Position numbers and translations under genes: made by a program. From positions 12,958,001-13,022,000 of the forward strand of contig JBHGNT010000007.1 in NCBI GenBank assembly GCA_043228905.1: a DNA stretch of 64,000 bases, read 5' to 3'. This DNA comes from Azolla caroliniana (taxonomy: Eukaryota > Plantae > Polypodiophyta). The notes below the pieces were generated by a model. It had not been told where the DNA came from. It did no database searches and saw nothing but the letters and a program-made list of their open reading frames with translations. Shown here piece by piece: positions 63,388-64,000 of the stretch; position 1 is the stretch's first letter, and every line of letters starts with the position of its first letter.

Positions 63388-64000
63388 ATGTCTTCAAAGA
63401 GAATTGAACGCCAAGACTCCAGGTAGGCCTCTGACACTGTGGACATTTTTGTAAATATGTTTTGTCACTCAAGAACTCGATACGTTGTATCGAGTTCCTG
63501 TATAAAATACAAACTTTATACAGGAAAGAAGAAGGGGGAGGGGCAGCTTGGAAGGAAACCCCATTTATGTATGGCCGTATTCTACGATTTTGACTACGAA
63601 GATGCAGATTCGGCCAACATACTGGTAATGATAGAGTGCTCCAAGGGGGTACGTAAAGTGTTCCTTTTAGAAGATCTTCTAGTAAAGGAATCTTGTTGGC
63701 TAGAAGCGTTCAAAAAAGATCTTGAAAGATCTATCATTACAGCAAAGAAGAAGGGGGAGGGGCAGCTTGGAAAGGAAACCCCATTTATGTATGGCCGTAT
63801 TCTACGATTTGACTATGAAGATGCAGATTCGGCCAACATATTGATAATGATAGAGTGCTCCAAGGGGGTACGTAAAGTGTTCCTTTCAGAAGATCTTCTA
63901 GTAAAGGAATCTTGTGGGCCAGAAGTGTTCAAAAATGATCTTGAAAGCTCACAAAACCTTATTGCTACCTTGAGGCCTTATATACAAGGCCATGTAACTC
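63388..64000 (+). pseudogene. 5' part of the ParB-MTase gene, copy 2, with deletion and ~218-bp tandem duplication
   Basis: Exon 1 MSSKRIERQDS; MYGRILRF.YED...IECSKGVRKVFL occurs twice (from ~63525 and ~63743). Confidence 0.8.

Larger units (their letters stand above)
60652..64000. mobile_element. Second copy of the transposase/ParB-MTase transposon, internally deleted, running off the window
   Basis: TIR 60652-60687 preceded by AAGG; colinear with 26413+; transposase 61020-62551; ATG 63388 with GT donor 63423; one palindrome 63473-63497. Confidence 0.9.

Overview
Eukaryotic, plant-type heterochromatic DNA (spliceosomal introns, plant tRNA-type primer-binding sites); a seed-free plant such as a fern is my guess, not something the sequence proves. 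No intact host gene is present. The window is a pile of nested Ty3/Gypsy and Ty1/Copia LTR elements, solo LTRs, one truncated LINE, hAT-like ends, a ~5.8 kb complex satellite and an orphan gamma-tocopherol methyltransferase exon. The standout is a ~9.0 kb TIR DNA transposon (26413-35436). It encodes a DDD transposase on the minus strand and, divergently, a spliced gene for a ParB/Srx-like domain fused to a bacterial-type beta-class N6-adenine/N4-cytosine DNA methyltransferase, with an array of palindromes at 51-bp period in its first intron. Two further copies with the same layout lie at 55.6-58.5 kb and from 60652 to the window end. A second oddity: two Gypsy elements have a tRNA 3'-end-like sequence ending in CCA, rather than a polypurine tract, just before the 3' LTR. 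All alignments and mismatch counts were done by eye.
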